57,825 bases of DNA from Eubacteriales bacterium (GTDB lineage Bacteria; Bacillota; Clostridia; Oscillospirales; CAG-272): positions 1 to 57,825 of the forward strand of contig JAZNTT010000080.1 of assembly GCA_045591885.1 (NCBI GenBank), read 5' to 3'. The notes beneath the pieces were generated by a model that made no database searches, had not been told where the DNA came from, and saw only the letters and a program-made list of their open reading frames with translations. Numbering within the stretch: the first letter of the stretch is position 1; each line of letters begins with the position of its first letter. A program made the translations under genes and the position numbers. Of the stretch, positions 56,420-57,825 are shown one piece after another.

Positions 56420-57825
56420 TATGGCAAAAAAGTATTGCTACCTCTTCTCTGAGGGTAACGCAAATATGCGTGAGATCCTTGGCGGTAAGGGCGCAAACCT
56501 CGCAGAGATGACCAATATCGGTCTTCCTGTTCCCCAGGGCTTCACTATTTCGACCGAAGCTTGTACCCAGTACTATGAAGACGGCCGTCAGATCAACGCT
56601 GAAATCATGGCTGAGATCATGGACTACATTGTTAAGATGGAAGCTGTTACCGGCAAGAAGTTCGGTGACCTCGAGAACCCCCTTCTCGTTTCCGTTCGTT
56701 CCGGTGCTCGTGCATCGATGCCCGGCATGATGGATACCATTCTTAACCTCGGTCTTAACGAAGAAGTTGTTGAGGTTATGGCAAAGAAGTCCGGCAATGC
56801 TCGTTGGGCATACGACTGCTACAGAAGATTTATCCAGATGTACTCCGACGTCGTTATGGAAGTCGGTAAGAAGTACTTCGAAGAGCTCATCGACAAGATG
56901 AAGGAAGAAAAGGGTGTTAAGCTCGACGTTGAGCTTACCGCTGACGACCTTAAGGAGCTCGCTAATCAGTTCAAGGCAGAGTACAAGGCGAAGATCGGTA
57001 CTGACTTCCCCTCTGATCCTAAGGAACAGCTCATCGGTGCTGTTAAGGCAGTATTCCGTTCTTGGGACAACCCCCGTGCAAACGTTTACCGTCGTGACAA
57101 CGATATTCCCTACTCTTGGGGTACCGCTGTAAACGTACAGGCAATGGCGTTCGGTAACATGGGTGATAACTGCGGTACCGGCGTTGCGTTCACTCGTGAC
57201 CCTGCTACCGGTGAAAAGAAGCTTATGGGCGAGTTCCTCACCAACGCACAGGGCGAGGACGTCGTTGCAGGCGTTCGTACTCCTATGCCGATCGCTGAAA
57301 TGGCTAACAAGTTCCCCGCTGCATTCAAGCAGTTTAAAGAAGTTTGCCAGATCCTAGAAAATCACTATCATGATATGCAGGATATGGAGTTCACCATCGA
57401 GAATGAGAAGCTCTATATGCTCCAGACCCGTAACGGCAAGAGAACTGCTCCCGCAGCTCTTCAGATTGCAGTTGACCTCGTTGCAGAGGGCCACAAGACC
57501 AAGGAAGAGGCCGTTCTTATGATCGACCCCAGAAACCTTGACACTCTTCTTCACCCCCAGTTTGATGCAAAGGCTCTCAAAGCTGCTACACCTATAGGCA
57601 AGGGTCTCGGTGCTTCTCCCGGCGCTGCTTGCGGTAAGATTGTCTTCACTGCTGACGATGCAGAGGCATGGAAGGCACGCGGCGAGAAGGTTGTTCTCGT
57701 TCGTCTTGAAACTTCACCTGAGGATATCACAGGTATGAAGGCTTCACAGGGTATCCTCACAGTTCGTGGCGGTATGACTACTCACGCTCCTGGTGTTGCT
57801 CGTGGTATGGGTACATGCTGCGTAT
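56420..57825 (+). CDS. ppdK: Pyruvate, phosphate dikinase, 5' ~470 codons (runs off the window); apparent +1 frameshift at 56700-56702 as written
   Basis: MAKKYCYLFSEGNANMREILGGKGANLAEM...NPLLVSVRS is in the frame of 56420. It continues as GARASMPGMMDTILNLGLN... through ...TVRGGMTTHAPGVARGMGTCCV in the next frame. RBS GGAGG lies before the ATG. Confidence 0.85.

Noticed and set aside
1-57825. Search for CRISPR arrays, transposases, integrases, prophage genes, restriction/defence modules and toxin-antitoxin pairs
   Set aside because: I found no regularly spaced repeats and no ORF with recombinase, nuclease-helicase or other defence hallmarks. The window is essentially core genome apart from 23.4-31.6 kb.

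Overview
This looks like a chromosomal segment from a low-to-moderate-GC, spore-forming anaerobic Firmicute (Clostridia-like). Supporting features are T-box leaders, spoVAC, an [FeFe]-hydrogenase, ppdK, and the order SRP-RNA, dnaX, ybaB, recR. Most of the window is housekeeping: pheST, dnaX-ybaB-recR, rplS, nrdR, argCJBD, thrS, alaS, trmO, trmB, hom, rimP-nusA-ylxR-ylxQ-infB, pth-mfd and ppdK. It also carries two tRNAs (Leu-CAA, Gln-CTG) and an SRP RNA. I saw no transposase, integrase, CRISPR array or recognisable defence genes.

The one clearly accessory locus is at 23.4-29.2 kb. It runs PadR regulator, membrane protein, stand-alone condensation/E2-fold acyltransferase, adenylating enzyme, free-standing carrier protein, second adenylating enzyme. 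That is a minimal C-like/A/T/A module that could make acyl-amide or acyl-ester metabolites. It is my best candidate for a poorly described system.

Other points:
- The left-edge ORF fuses an ABC-ATPase fragment in frame to an N-terminally truncated [FeFe]-hydrogenase.
- There are apparent single-base frameshifts in sdaA and in ppdK.
- The ppdK phospho-His motif is atypical at the right edge.
- A hairpin-rich ~270-nt non-coding stretch lies next to tRNA-Gln.
- A terminator-like hairpin sits inside the rimP-nusA leader.
- A 15-nt direct repeat flanks a DUF378 gene.

All calls come from reading the translations and the sequence by eye. No searches were run, and family names are recognition-based.
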